From NCBI GenBank assembly GCA_031285625.1, contig JAITVV010000030.1, positions 1 through 15,959 on the forward strand: a stretch of DNA of 15,959 nt, written 5' to 3'. The stretch is from Prevotella sp. Its GTDB lineage: Bacteria > Bacteroidota > Bacteroidia > Bacteroidales > Dysgonomonadaceae. Every line of letters starts with the position of its first letter. The first letter of the stretch is position 1. This document shows positions 1 to 7,535 of this stretch, piece by piece. Position numbers and translations under genes: made by a program. The notes under the pieces were generated by a model. It was not told the origin of the DNA and did no database searches. It worked only from the letters and a program-made list of their open reading frames with translations.

Positions 1-118
1 ATACACGTACAAGTTTTATGCATCCCGCATACAAGAGAGGACAACTGAGAATAATAAACAGTTAATTTATTGTTAAATCAAATAAAACATTAGGATATTA
101 GCATAGAATACGTGGAAC

Positions 119-254
119 TCACCAAGTCCGCAATAGAGGTACTGGTATACCCGCAAACGAAACAAGGCAAGCCCACGCCTATATGGCATGAGCATTGCAC
201 AGTTTCCTCGTTTGCTATGAAAGTTACCAGTTTTCTATTGCGAGGTTTATGTGA
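119..254 (-). ncRNA. Putative structured RNA / cis-regulatory leader (long imperfect rod hairpin)
   Basis: Nested inverted repeats: CGCAATAGA 129-137/TCTATTGCG 234-242, ACTGGTA 141-147/TACCAGT 225-231, GCAAACGA 153-160/TCGTTTGC 208-215, GCAA 167-170/TTGC 195-198, GCCCACGCC 171-179/GGCATGAGC 185-193. The two mismatches in the inner stem become G-U pairs only on the minus strand. The region is GC-richer than its flanks and has no ORF in the track. Confidence 0.6.
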
Positions 255-310
255 ACGCTAATGTTATATTTTTAAATATGCGACGCTTCGCTAATTATGT
301 TTGTATAAAA

Positions 311-318
311 CAAAAGTA
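311..318 (-). promoter_or_regulatory. Bacteroidota -7 promoter box (TACTTTTG) pointing into the structured RNA
   Basis: The reverse complement of CAAAAGTA matches TAnnTTTG and lies about 55 nt upstream of the hairpin on the minus strand. Confidence 0.45.
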
Positions 319-324
319 ATTCTT

Positions 325-996
325 TTATATTAGGAATAATTCTTTTTCTTCTTCTTTATTCCAAAAATTAGGATGTAAAACATTTCCTTTATTAGGTAAA
401 TAGCCTTTATATATAACTTCATTTATATCTGGGTATGTATGTTTAATTACAAATAACACAAAAGCTATTGGGCTCAATTCTTTTGAACAAGGAATTCTAA
501 GGTTCCCATTCGGACCAATATGAATATGTGAATAGGAATGTATAAGTGGTTTATAGTTTTTTTCATCAATGTCATATCGTATAGAGTGAGCCTCAATATT
601 GATACTTTGTTCATTTCGGTATTGCTCTAATTCGTCTTCTGAGATTGAATTCAATAACATATTATAATTAGTATCATCAAATTCAAGAAGTTCATTTTCT
701 CCATATATATGACTTAATAAATCTTCCTTTGTTCCTATGATACATGGATTTTGAATAAACGAATATCTTGTTAGGCTAAATTGAAATATGGAATCATCTT
801 TCAAAAGAATTTCGTAGTCATAGTTCTTAATGGCTGTGTTATAAATATCTAAATAGCAGGATTTTCGAGATATTTTTTTAAATTCATCGGAATGTTCTCC
901 AATATTTTTAACACCAAGACCTTTATATAGATTAACTTTTGTTAAAAGATTCTTAATATCTTTCTCAATAGCAATCTTTAAACTTATTAGATTCAT
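325..996 (-). CDS. DUF2290-family protein (partner of the helicase in a putative anti-phage system)
   Basis: 223-aa ORF with 'LKDDSIFQF' and 'IRYDID...HSYSHIHIG...RIP...LSPIAFVLFV' motifs that I recognise as DUF2290-like. It starts 2 nt after the helicase stop. Confidence 0.75.
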   Translation of the reverse strand: MNLISLKIAIEKDIKNLLTKVNLYKGLGVKNIGEHSDEFKKISRKSCYLDIYNTAIKNYDYEILLKDDSIFQFSLTRYSFIQNPCIIGTKEDLLSHIYGENELLEFDDTNYNMLLNSISEDELEQYRNEQSINIEAHSIRYDIDEKNYKPLIHSYSHIHIGPNGNLRIPCSKELSPIAFVLFVIKHTYPDINEVIYKGYLPNKGNVLHPNFWNKEEEKELFLI

Positions 997-998
997 AT

Positions 999-3086
999 CT
1001 ATTTTTTAGCATTACTTTGATTTAACATTTTCATAACAGCATCAACAGATAATCCAGTTTTTCGACTAAGAGCCTCTATTTCTTTATTGATTTTATTCAA
1101 ACTCATTTGACTTTCATCCATATTTACATGAATCGTTCTGGTGCTTTCTTCACTTGGTTGTATAAAATCAAACTTGAAATCTTTCTCTTTTAATTTCTCA
1201 ACTTCTTTAACAAACAATGAAGCTGACTGCCCCATACCTGTTATTCTTGTCCATCCTTTAGTTCGTGTTATCGCTGTAAATAGCTTATTTCTATAAACAA
1301 TATAGTCCTTATTATTTTCATTAAATGCAGCATCTACACCAACAATATAAACCATGCCAACCTCATTCCCTTTTGCTTTATTTATTGATGATAAGGTTAC
1401 GTGATTTTCTATAGAAAAATATGTATTATTATTAGGTACATTTAATAAATTAAATGTTTTTATCCCCTTTTTATTTAATTTCGATTCAATAGAATTGAAA
1501 TAGCCTCCCATAAATTTTTCATCTAAAGATATAACACAAATATCATCTGGGTTAAGATTTTCTTTTTGTATATCATTAACTATTTCGTTAGCAACAGATT
1601 GGCACTCTTCCTGCATGTCTGAATATGTCTTATACCTAATGGTTTTACTCTCAAAATATTTGTTTGTATCCATAGGACTATTTTCATCTGGTCTTGAGAT
1701 TATCATATGAGAACCCTCTTTTGAATCTCCTATCTCTACGACAAAACCCAAGTCCTCCCAATGTTGATTGTTTCCTAATCTTTGTAAAATCTTATCGTTA
1801 TATATGCCCAAACCTAATGAAAATGCAGCGACCAATGCTTTTTTTGGATTTCTATAACACTTATGGAGAACAATATCCTGTAGCTTATTCTGTTTTTTAG
1901 AAAAATCAACATAAAAAGTACCATCTTCTTTTTTTCCAAAAGTTTCTTTTTCATCTTGCATTTGAATATCAAAAATATTTTGGAAATCATCATATGCCCA
2001 AACAATCCTTTCGTTCTTCGTCAATTTATAACAGAGTTGATAAAATGATGATGGGAAATCTTGTCCTTCATCAATTAAGGTTAAATCATACTTTTGTTTA
2101 AGTTTATTCTTATTTAATTCTTGACATATGTATGCAAAAGGATTATTTGGAGAAGCACGTTTAGCTGCAGAAAATGGTATTGGTTCAATATTATTATCTA
2201 AACAAGCACCAGAATATACTCCTTCCAGTGCTTTTCCTCCCCATGCATGTAATATTTTTATTTTTGTCCAATCTGGCTCTTGGTTATCAGAAAAATCACG
2301 ATAGTATTTTTCTATAAGATATTTTACTTGTCCAAAAAGTGCTTTTGTGAAGTATGTATATAATATAAGATCTTCTGGATTTTGCAGATGATACAGGGCT
2401 GCTTTCATTGTTAATATAATTGTTTTTCCAGAACCGGCTAATCCCCTTATTCTTTGAGGAGAGTCAATTATGTTCAATGCTGCTCTTTTCTGCTCTAAAT
2501 CAAAAACAGTTTCTTCTTGTTGAATTAATGAAAGTATTTTTCCTTTCGTTAATTTATCAGAATCAGGATTAATATTTCTTTCTTTCTTTTGTCTTAAACG
2601 CTTTGTGCCTTCTATGGTAGCTATTAATGCTCGGAATTCACCCTCTGTTAAATCGTCCGTTTTATTATTTTCAATGGTGCCCTTTATTTCATTGTTAGTA
2701 ATAATAGGAATTTCATTTTGTCTTCCTGCTTTTTCAGATATAATTATAGGTGTTACATTTATTTTAAGTTCTCTTCTTCCTTTCCTTAATTCTTCACATT
2801 TATTTAATTTCCCAAATAGATGGCTATCTAACTCATCTACCTTTTCTAATTCTGAATCTGTAATGTTAGATAGTGTAGAAAATACTCTGAACGCAATAAC
2901 GCCGAAAATTCTCGATACATATAAAATATGAGCTTGGATAAGTTCTTCAACTGTTTCTCCTCTATAAAATGGAAAATTATAATATACTAATGCTTCGTCA
3001 TCCAGTCTTAAATCTTTTATTTTTTCAATAACTAAAGAAGCACCCGTATCTTTCTTTAATTTAGACTCATCTGCTATTATATTCAT
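999..3086 (-). CDS. Superfamily 1 (UvrD-like) helicase with uncharacterised N-terminal domain
   Basis: Walker A GLAGSGKT, Walker B LIDEGQD, motif III AYDDFQNI, motif IV CYRN, motif V SINKAKGNE, motif VI LFTAITRTK. Confidence 0.9.
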   Translation of the reverse strand: MNIIADESKLKKDTGASLVIEKIKDLRLDDEALVYYNFPFYRGETVEELIQAHILYVSRIFGVIAFRVFSTLSNITDSELEKVDELDSHLFGKLNKCEELRKGRRELKINVTPIIISEKAGRQNEIPIITNNEIKGTIENNKTDDLTEGEFRALIATIEGTKRLRQKKERNINPDSDKLTKGKILSLIQQEETVFDLEQKRAALNIIDSPQRIRGLAGSGKTIILTMKAALYHLQNPEDLILYTYFTKALFGQVKYLIEKYYRDFSDNQEPDWTKIKILHAWGGKALEGVYSGACLDNNIEPIPFSAAKRASPNNPFAYICQELNKNKLKQKYDLTLIDEGQDFPSSFYQLCYKLTKNERIVWAYDDFQNIFDIQMQDEKETFGKKEDGTFYVDFSKKQNKLQDIVLHKCYRNPKKALVAAFSLGLGIYNDKILQRLGNNQHWEDLGFVVEIGDSKEGSHMIISRPDENSPMDTNKYFESKTIRYKTYSDMQEECQSVANEIVNDIQKENLNPDDICVISLDEKFMGGYFNSIESKLNKKGIKTFNLLNVPNNNTYFSIENHVTLSSINKAKGNEVGMVYIVGVDAAFNENNKDYIVYRNKLFTAITRTKGWTRITGMGQSASLFVKEVEKLKEKDFKFDFIQPSEESTRTIHVNMDESQMSLNKINKEIEALSRKTGLSVDAVMKMLNQSNAKK

Positions 3087-3140
3087 TGGTTTCTTTTTAT
3101 TTTATGGCTTAGTAATATTTAGAGGATAAATATAGTAAAC

Positions 3141-4511
3141 TTAATCCAACAGCCCGCAACTAACCTTTGCAATTTCATCTTTTCCAAAAGATTGAAGATA
3201 TATTTTGGTAGTTTCCACACTATCATGGTGTAAACTTGCACTAACTAAGTCGATTGACTTGGTTTTTGAATATAAGGTCATAGCAAAACTATGACGTGCA
3301 AAATACGACGTCATATCGTCTATTCCAATAGGAAATTCCATTATTTTAGCCATAGCTTTCAGATATTTATTGTATTTTCTTCGTTTGTCTGAAAGATATT
3401 GTTTTAATAAATTAGGGTTGATGTCTGGAGAGAAAATAATAGGCAACAAATAATCTTTAGCAGGCTTACCCAATGTTATATCACTCAAAATATCAATTTG
3501 TCGTTGAATATCATTATTAATTTGAATTTCTATAAATTCCCCTGTTTTAGACCGCTTGTAGGTAAAATATTTTATGGATTTACCATCTCTGGAAAATCCA
3601 TGTTTAATATCTGAATGCTTAATTTGAGCCATATCAATATAATTTATCCCACCACAAAAGAATGAAAAGAAAAATAAGGCTTTAGTCCTTATGTGAGATA
3701 TTGAAGAAAATTCATATTCATAAAACTTTCTCAAAAAATCTTCGGGAATAAATCTTTTTCGTGTTTTCTCCTTTGTAAGAGCCGTAATTTTGAAAATCTC
3801 TTTTCCTGTATATGTCCCATATTGAAAACTAAATGGATATGTCTCTGGGCTACCAACACCATCTTTTATCGCTCTATTCAGCAGAGACCTTAAAGCACTA
3901 AGATTAACTCTTATGCCATTATCTTTTCGCCCTAATTTTCTTTGTTCATCATAAAATTTAGTCACATACTTGTAATTGATATCAGCGAATAATATTTTGT
4001 TAAATTTAGAATCAAATCGTTTTATAGAAGAATGTAAGTCTTCAAAGGTTTGGCTTGTATTTGTTTCCCCTCTGGTTTTTAACTCTGAGATATGATTGAT
4101 AAGATATTCTTCAACTGTTTTTGATTTGACATTAAGAAATAATTTTTCTTTTATCATTTCGTTAGTGAAAGGAACTCTCCGTTTCTCAAAATCGGTTACA
4201 ATATTTCTGATTTCGACTATCTTATTGTCCAAGTAAATATTATTAATCTCTCTTTCTGGATGCAATAAATTCAAGTATGTCTTGCGATCAACAGTAGATA
4301 ATTTCTTTTCCTTGATATAATCTTTAGCTTGTTCATCATTGATATATCGACCTCGTTTCTCATCCCATTGCTCGGGTTTAGCATAAAAAGGTAAGCTAAT
4401 AATAGTTCTTTGCTTATTAAATCTTATAACTAAGGAGACTACATAACTTCCATCTATCCTCTTTTGATAGAGCTTAAAACTGAAACCTTTAGTTGTTGAC
4501 TGTTTTGCCAT
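3141..4511 (-). CDS. Tyrosine recombinase/integrase of element 1
   Basis: Box I-like 'FFCGGINYIDM', 'YKRSKT', 'YFARHSFA' and 'LHHDSVETTKIYL' (catalytic Tyr). N-terminal arm-binding and SAM-like regions. I prefer the ATG at 4511 (MAKQ...) to the track's 4613 start, which runs through att arm repeats. Confidence 0.9.
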   Translation of the reverse strand: MAKQSTTKGFSFKLYQKRIDGSYVVSLVIRFNKQRTIISLPFYAKPEQWDEKRGRYINDEQAKDYIKEKKLSTVDRKTYLNLLHPEREINNIYLDNKIVEIRNIVTDFEKRRVPFTNEMIKEKLFLNVKSKTVEEYLINHISELKTRGETNTSQTFEDLHSSIKRFDSKFNKILFADINYKYVTKFYDEQRKLGRKDNGIRVNLSALRSLLNRAIKDGVGSPETYPFSFQYGTYTGKEIFKITALTKEKTRKRFIPEDFLRKFYEYEFSSISHIRTKALFFFSFFCGGINYIDMAQIKHSDIKHGFSRDGKSIKYFTYKRSKTGEFIEIQINNDIQRQIDILSDITLGKPAKDYLLPIIFSPDINPNLLKQYLSDKRRKYNKYLKAMAKIMEFPIGIDDMTSYFARHSFAMTLYSKTKSIDLVSASLHHDSVETTKIYLQSFGKDEIAKVSCGLLD

Positions 4512-4538
4512 AAAATATTTATATTTATACTTGAAAAT

Positions 4539-4600
4539 CCGTGACGTTTCCGTGACGTTTTTGATTAGAATTTTATACCCGTGACGTTTTCGTGACGCAT
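4539..4600 (+). repeat. Four 11-bp repeats (core CGTGACG), probable integrase arm-type sites of element 1
   Basis: CCGTGACGTTT at 4539-4549, 4550-4560 and 4579-4589, plus TCGTGACGCAT at 4590-4600. These form two tandem pairs 40 bp apart, between the integrase start and the tRNA fragment. Confidence 0.75.
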
Positions 4601-4703
4601 AAAATGCAACCAAATCAAACTAAATACAAAATGTATCTAATTGATTTACAGTATAAATATAAATGTTTCGGAGCGAATAAAATTACTTAAAAAAGTTAAT
4701 TCG

Positions 4704-4752
4704 CCTACTTTGGGAGCAGGGGGTCCCAGGTTCGAATCCTGGTATCCCGACA
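4704..4752 (+). pseudogene. 3' fragment of tRNA-Pro(UGG); att junction of element 1
   Basis: CCTAC-TTTGGGA-GCAGG anticodon arm (TGG, one stem mismatch), GGGTC variable loop, CCAGG-TTCGAAT-CCTGG T arm and TATCCCG-A acceptor 3' strand. There is no D arm or 5' acceptor strand upstream. Confidence 0.85.
4739..4751 (+). repeat. attL core of element 2 (CTGGTATCCCGAC)
   Basis: Identical to 13748-13760 and corresponds to the tRNA-Pro 3' end. Confidence 0.88.
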
Positions 4753-4764
4753 AAGTCAAAAAAA

Positions 4765-4810
4765 AGAAATACAGGCAGTTACTTAAAATGTGGCTGCTTG
4801 TTTCTGTTTT
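4765..4810 (+). terminator. Hairpin immediately after the tRNA 3' end, possible element-supplied terminator
   Basis: ACAGGCAGTTAC 4771-4782 pairs with GTGGCTGCTTGT 4790-4801 (three G-U pairs on the plus strand) and is followed by a T-rich tract. Confidence 0.5.
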
Positions 4811-4888
4811 ATAGCACTTTACAACAAACTCTACACTATTTCAAGTGTTCGCAAGTATCCGCAATTATTCATAGTAGTTCACTTAATT

Positions 4889-4927
4889 TTCTACCGAATG
4901 TGAATTTGGTAGAATTTTTGGTAGAAT
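4889..4927 (+). repeat. Arm-type sites at the left end of element 2 (GTAGAA motif)
   Basis: TTTGGTAGAAT at 4905-4915 and 4917-4927, plus an inverted TTCTACC at 4889-4895. Confidence 0.65.
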
Positions 4928-4966
4928 AAATTATCTATATGGTATGAAATCTAAAAATGTAGAACT

Positions 4967-6115
4967 ATGAATTTATTTAGTATTCGTATCGTATTTGACA
5001 GAAAGGGAGAAACCAAGAGCAACCCTAAGAAAGAAGCTTTAGTGCAAATTGAAGTTATTGACAAAACAACAAAGAGAAAGAAGTATATTACAACAGGGAT
5101 AAAACTCTTTGTTAATCAGTATTCAGCCAATGGCGGTTTTTCGGTTAAGAATCATCCTAATGCAATTATTCTAAAATCTAAAGTTTTTGAGGTTTATAAC
5201 AAAATTGAAGCATTTATACATTCCGATAAATGCACTTGTATAGATGATATTGATAATTGGAATTCGAGCAAAACTGCAAATATGACATTTATTGATTTTG
5301 TTGAACAGGAAATGTATAAGAAACCTATTAAAGCAGGAACATTGAAAACTCATAAAACTTTATTGTTAGGCTTGGTTCGTTTCGGTAAGATTAAGCACTT
5401 CAAAGATATTACCTATCCTAATATTGCCGATTTTGATGTTTTCCTTAGACAGACTTTAAAATCACAACCAATCTTATACAAAAGACATAACACATTGAGT
5501 AGTTATATTAATGAAGCCAAAAGACGAAAATTGATAACTGAAAATCCTTATGATGAATTTAGAATCAAGAAAGGTAAATCTAAAGACCCTGTTGTTTTAA
5601 ATGAATTGGAAATCAAGAAAATCATAGATTATAAACCGACCTCTACTAAAATAGAAAAAGTAAGGGATATGTATTTATTCCAATGTATGACAGGATTAGC
5701 TTTTGTTGATATGCAGAATTTCAGTAAGGATAAAATCAATTATGTTGATAATGAGCATATAATAAATGCAAGCAGGGTGAAAACAGATGAATCTTATATA
5801 ATTCCTTTGTTTAAAGAAGCAAAAGAAATATTGGAAAAATATGATTATTGTTTACCAAGAATATCCAATCAAAAATATAACGATTATATAAAAGTTTTAG
5901 CCGAGCATGTAGGCATAGATAAAAAGCTTACATCACATACAGCAAGGCATACATACGGCACTTATTTAATTAATAAGGGTGTTCCTGTGGCTGTTATCCA
6001 AAGAGCAATGGGACATGCTAAAATTACTCAAACATTGGGTTATGCCAAGCTATCAGCTAAGAGTGTTAAAAATGAGATTTTAGAAATAGGACAAGACAAT
6101 AGATTTGTAAGTTAA
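4967..6115 (+). CDS. Tyrosine integrase of element 2 (IntDOT-like, SAM-like domain)
   Basis: 'MTGLAFVDM' (box I Arg replaced, as is common in Bacteroides integrases), 'RVKT', 'SNQKYNDYIK', 'SHTARHTY' and 'MGHAKITQTLGYA'. Confidence 0.93.
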   Translation: MNLFSIRIVFDRKGETKSNPKKEALVQIEVIDKTTKRKKYITTGIKLFVNQYSANGGFSVKNHPNAIILKSKVFEVYNKIEAFIHSDKCTCIDDIDNWNSSKTANMTFIDFVEQEMYKKPIKAGTLKTHKTLLLGLVRFGKIKHFKDITYPNIADFDVFLRQTLKSQPILYKRHNTLSSYINEAKRRKLITENPYDEFRIKKGKSKDPVVLNELEIKKIIDYKPTSTKIEKVRDMYLFQCMTGLAFVDMQNFSKDKINYVDNEHIINASRVKTDESYIIPLFKEAKEILEKYDYCLPRISNQKYNDYIKVLAEHVGIDKKLTSHTARHTYGTYLINKGVPVAVIQRAMGHAKITQTLGYAKLSAKSVKNEILEIGQDNRFVS

Positions 6116-6140
6116 ATTAAAAAGGATATTAAAAAATCAG

Positions 6141-6163
6141 GGGTAGTTTTTCGCTACCCTTTT
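6141..6163 (+). terminator. Intrinsic terminator between the convergent integrase and XRE genes
   Basis: GGGTAG 6141-6146/CTACCC 6154-6159 followed by TTTT. An A-run upstream suggests it may be bidirectional. Confidence 0.55.
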
Positions 6164-6182
6164 CTATTATATATTTCTAATT

Positions 6183-6653
6183 CTATTTTAATTTATCAAT
6201 TTGCGCTTGTAATTCTTTCAGCTTTGTGTCTTTTTCAGATAATAATCTTTCATATAAAGATTTCACATCATCTAAAGGATAATAAGTGACTTTTTGCTCA
6301 TTTATATTATTTTGTTCTTCAATGTTATTAGCCGAATTCACCCATTCGGAAGAGTTTTCAGCAGCAGTTATATGATTTGTATTTGTATTGTTGTAACTCC
6401 GAATTGCATCGTCCAAATCAAAATCTGTAAAGAAACTTACAGGAATATCCATTGCTTTAGCAATCCTTTCCAATAATACTTCATCTATTGTTTCCTGTTT
6501 TTCCAATGTGGAAATTTCAGTTTGATGTATACCAACTTTATCAGCCACATCACCCTGTGTCATCTTTTTCCATTTACGGGCTAAAATAAGATTATCCCCA
6601 TGATGAGATTTCTTTTCTTTTCCTGATGTCATTTGTTCCTTTTCCATATTCAA
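6183..6653 (-). CDS. XRE-family HTH transcriptional regulator (probable repressor)
   Basis: 'ARKWKKMTQGDVADKVGIHQTEISTLEK' HTH_3 pattern, an Asn-rich linker and a C-terminal coiled coil (LYERLLSEKD...). Confidence 0.88.
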   Translation of the reverse strand: MNMEKEQMTSGKEKKSHHGDNLILARKWKKMTQGDVADKVGIHQTEISTLEKQETIDEVLLERIAKAMDIPVSFFTDFDLDDAIRSYNNTNTNHITAAENSSEWVNSANNIEEQNNINEQKVTYYPLDDVKSLYERLLSEKDTKLKELQAQIDKLK

Positions 6654-6807
6654 ATTATAATGATAGCGAAAATACGAATTTTTAATGTAAATATTGATGC
6701 TTAGTTAATAAATACATAATTGTAATTTATATTATAAATTTATATAGCTGATATATAGATATTTAAAATAAGAAATAGAAATTATTTTTTAAGGATTTAC
6801 AAACAGA

Positions 6808-6815
6808 TAATTTTG
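6808..6815 (+). promoter_or_regulatory. -7 promoter box TAATTTTG for the ORF at 6837
   Basis: Matches TAnnTTTG about 21 nt upstream of the ATG, within the divergent AT-rich intergenic region. Confidence 0.45.
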
Positions 6816-6836
6816 TGAGTATTAAAACTTATACTA

Positions 6837-7073
6837 ATGGGAAGAGCAGCAAACACACATACAACTATTCAACCTGAACACACTGTAACCGACCAATATA
6901 ACGGAATGCACTTTAAAGATTTTATTAAGACCTTCAAGGATTTTAAAGTGATGTATCCCTGCAAAGATGACAAGATGCAATTTTTAATAGAACTTCAACA
7001 GAAAAATTGCGTAATTACTTGTGAAATGGTAAACAATATTTGTGTAAATGGATATGTTTTTAAGAATAAATAA
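6837..7073 (+). CDS. Hypothetical 78-aa protein divergent from the XRE regulator
   Basis: ATG ORF that overlaps nothing, with a promoter box upstream and a terminator downstream. Confidence 0.65.
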   Translation: MGRAANTHTTIQPEHTVTDQYNGMHFKDFIKTFKDFKVMYPCKDDKMQFLIELQQKNCVITCEMVNNICVNGYVFKNK

Positions 7074-7133
7074 GCATGCTACCATGTAATTGTAAATAAG
7101 TAAGTAGGAACGCAATTAGCTATTTTGCGATTT

Positions 7134-7166
7134 GAATGCTCTCTATAATGGGGAGCATTCTTTTTT
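7134..7166 (+). terminator. Intrinsic terminator
   Basis: GAATGCTCTC...GGGAGCATTC stem (7134-7160) followed by TTTTTT. Confidence 0.75.
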
Positions 7167-7526
7167 AAGGTGTGTTTTTCATGGTATAAACTGCAACAGC
7201 TTGTTACATAATTGAACAACTAAAAAGCCAACAGCCTGTTGTCCTATTAATAAAGTAAAAGTGAAACAAGTTGTTTCGTAATTTCCATAATTGATAATTA
7301 ACTTAATCTCAATTCAAATAATCCTTTATTACATCAGGCGGGTAACCCTCAAATATAGCGAGGTCATAAATAGTTATCCTATGCTTATTACAGGCTTTTC
7401 TTATCGTTTTTAAACGTGTTTTTGCAGTAGTCATACTACATTCATAGTATTTAATCAAATCTTTTAGTGTAACAGTTGTAAACATAGTTATATTCTTTAG
7501 GGTTATTTTTAAGGTGTGTTTTTCAT
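7162..7526. repeat. 21-bp exact direct repeat TTTTTAAGGTGTGTTTTTCAT (two copies 344 bp apart)
   Basis: Copies at 7162-7182 and 7506-7526; extends to 26 bp with one mismatch. Confidence 0.85.
7309..7485 (-). CDS. 58-aa small protein, possibly HTH DNA-binding (not in the ORF track)
   Basis: Manual translation MFTTVTLKDLIKYYECSMTTAKTRLKTIRKACNKHRITIYDLAIFEGYPPDVIKDYLN*. It is co-oriented and lies 50 nt downstream of rep, with an HTH-like amphipathic pattern. Confidence 0.6.
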   Translation of the reverse strand: MFTTVTLKDLIKYYECSMTTAKTRLKTIRKACNKHRITIYDLAIFEGYPPDVIKDYLN

Positions 7527-7535
7527 AGTATTAGT

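Larger units (their letters stand above)
1..4751. mobile_element. Right part of integrative element 1 (extends beyond the left window edge)
   Basis: Inward-pointing integrase next to arm repeats and a truncated tRNA copy, with defence-like cargo. The other boundary is not visible. Confidence 0.65.

Noticed and set aside
1-76. Open plus-strand frame at the window edge (YTYKFYASRIQERTTENNKQLIYC*)
   Set aside because: Too short and featureless to call without upstream sequence.
1694-2931. Track ORFs 1694-1900, 1814-2005 and 2605-2931
   Set aside because: Shadow or out-of-frame ORFs inside the helicase gene, with no motifs.
4539-4600. CGTGACG repeats as a CRISPR array or iterons
   Set aside because: The units are only 11 bp, have no spacer pattern and no cas genes are present. 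Their position fits integrase arm sites.
4512-4613. N-terminal extension of integrase 1 given by the track
   Set aside because: It starts at TTG and runs through the arm repeats; the ATG at 4511 is more plausible.
4678-4752. Intact functional tRNA-Pro
   Set aside because: The 5' acceptor strand and D arm are absent, and the anticodon stem has a mismatch.
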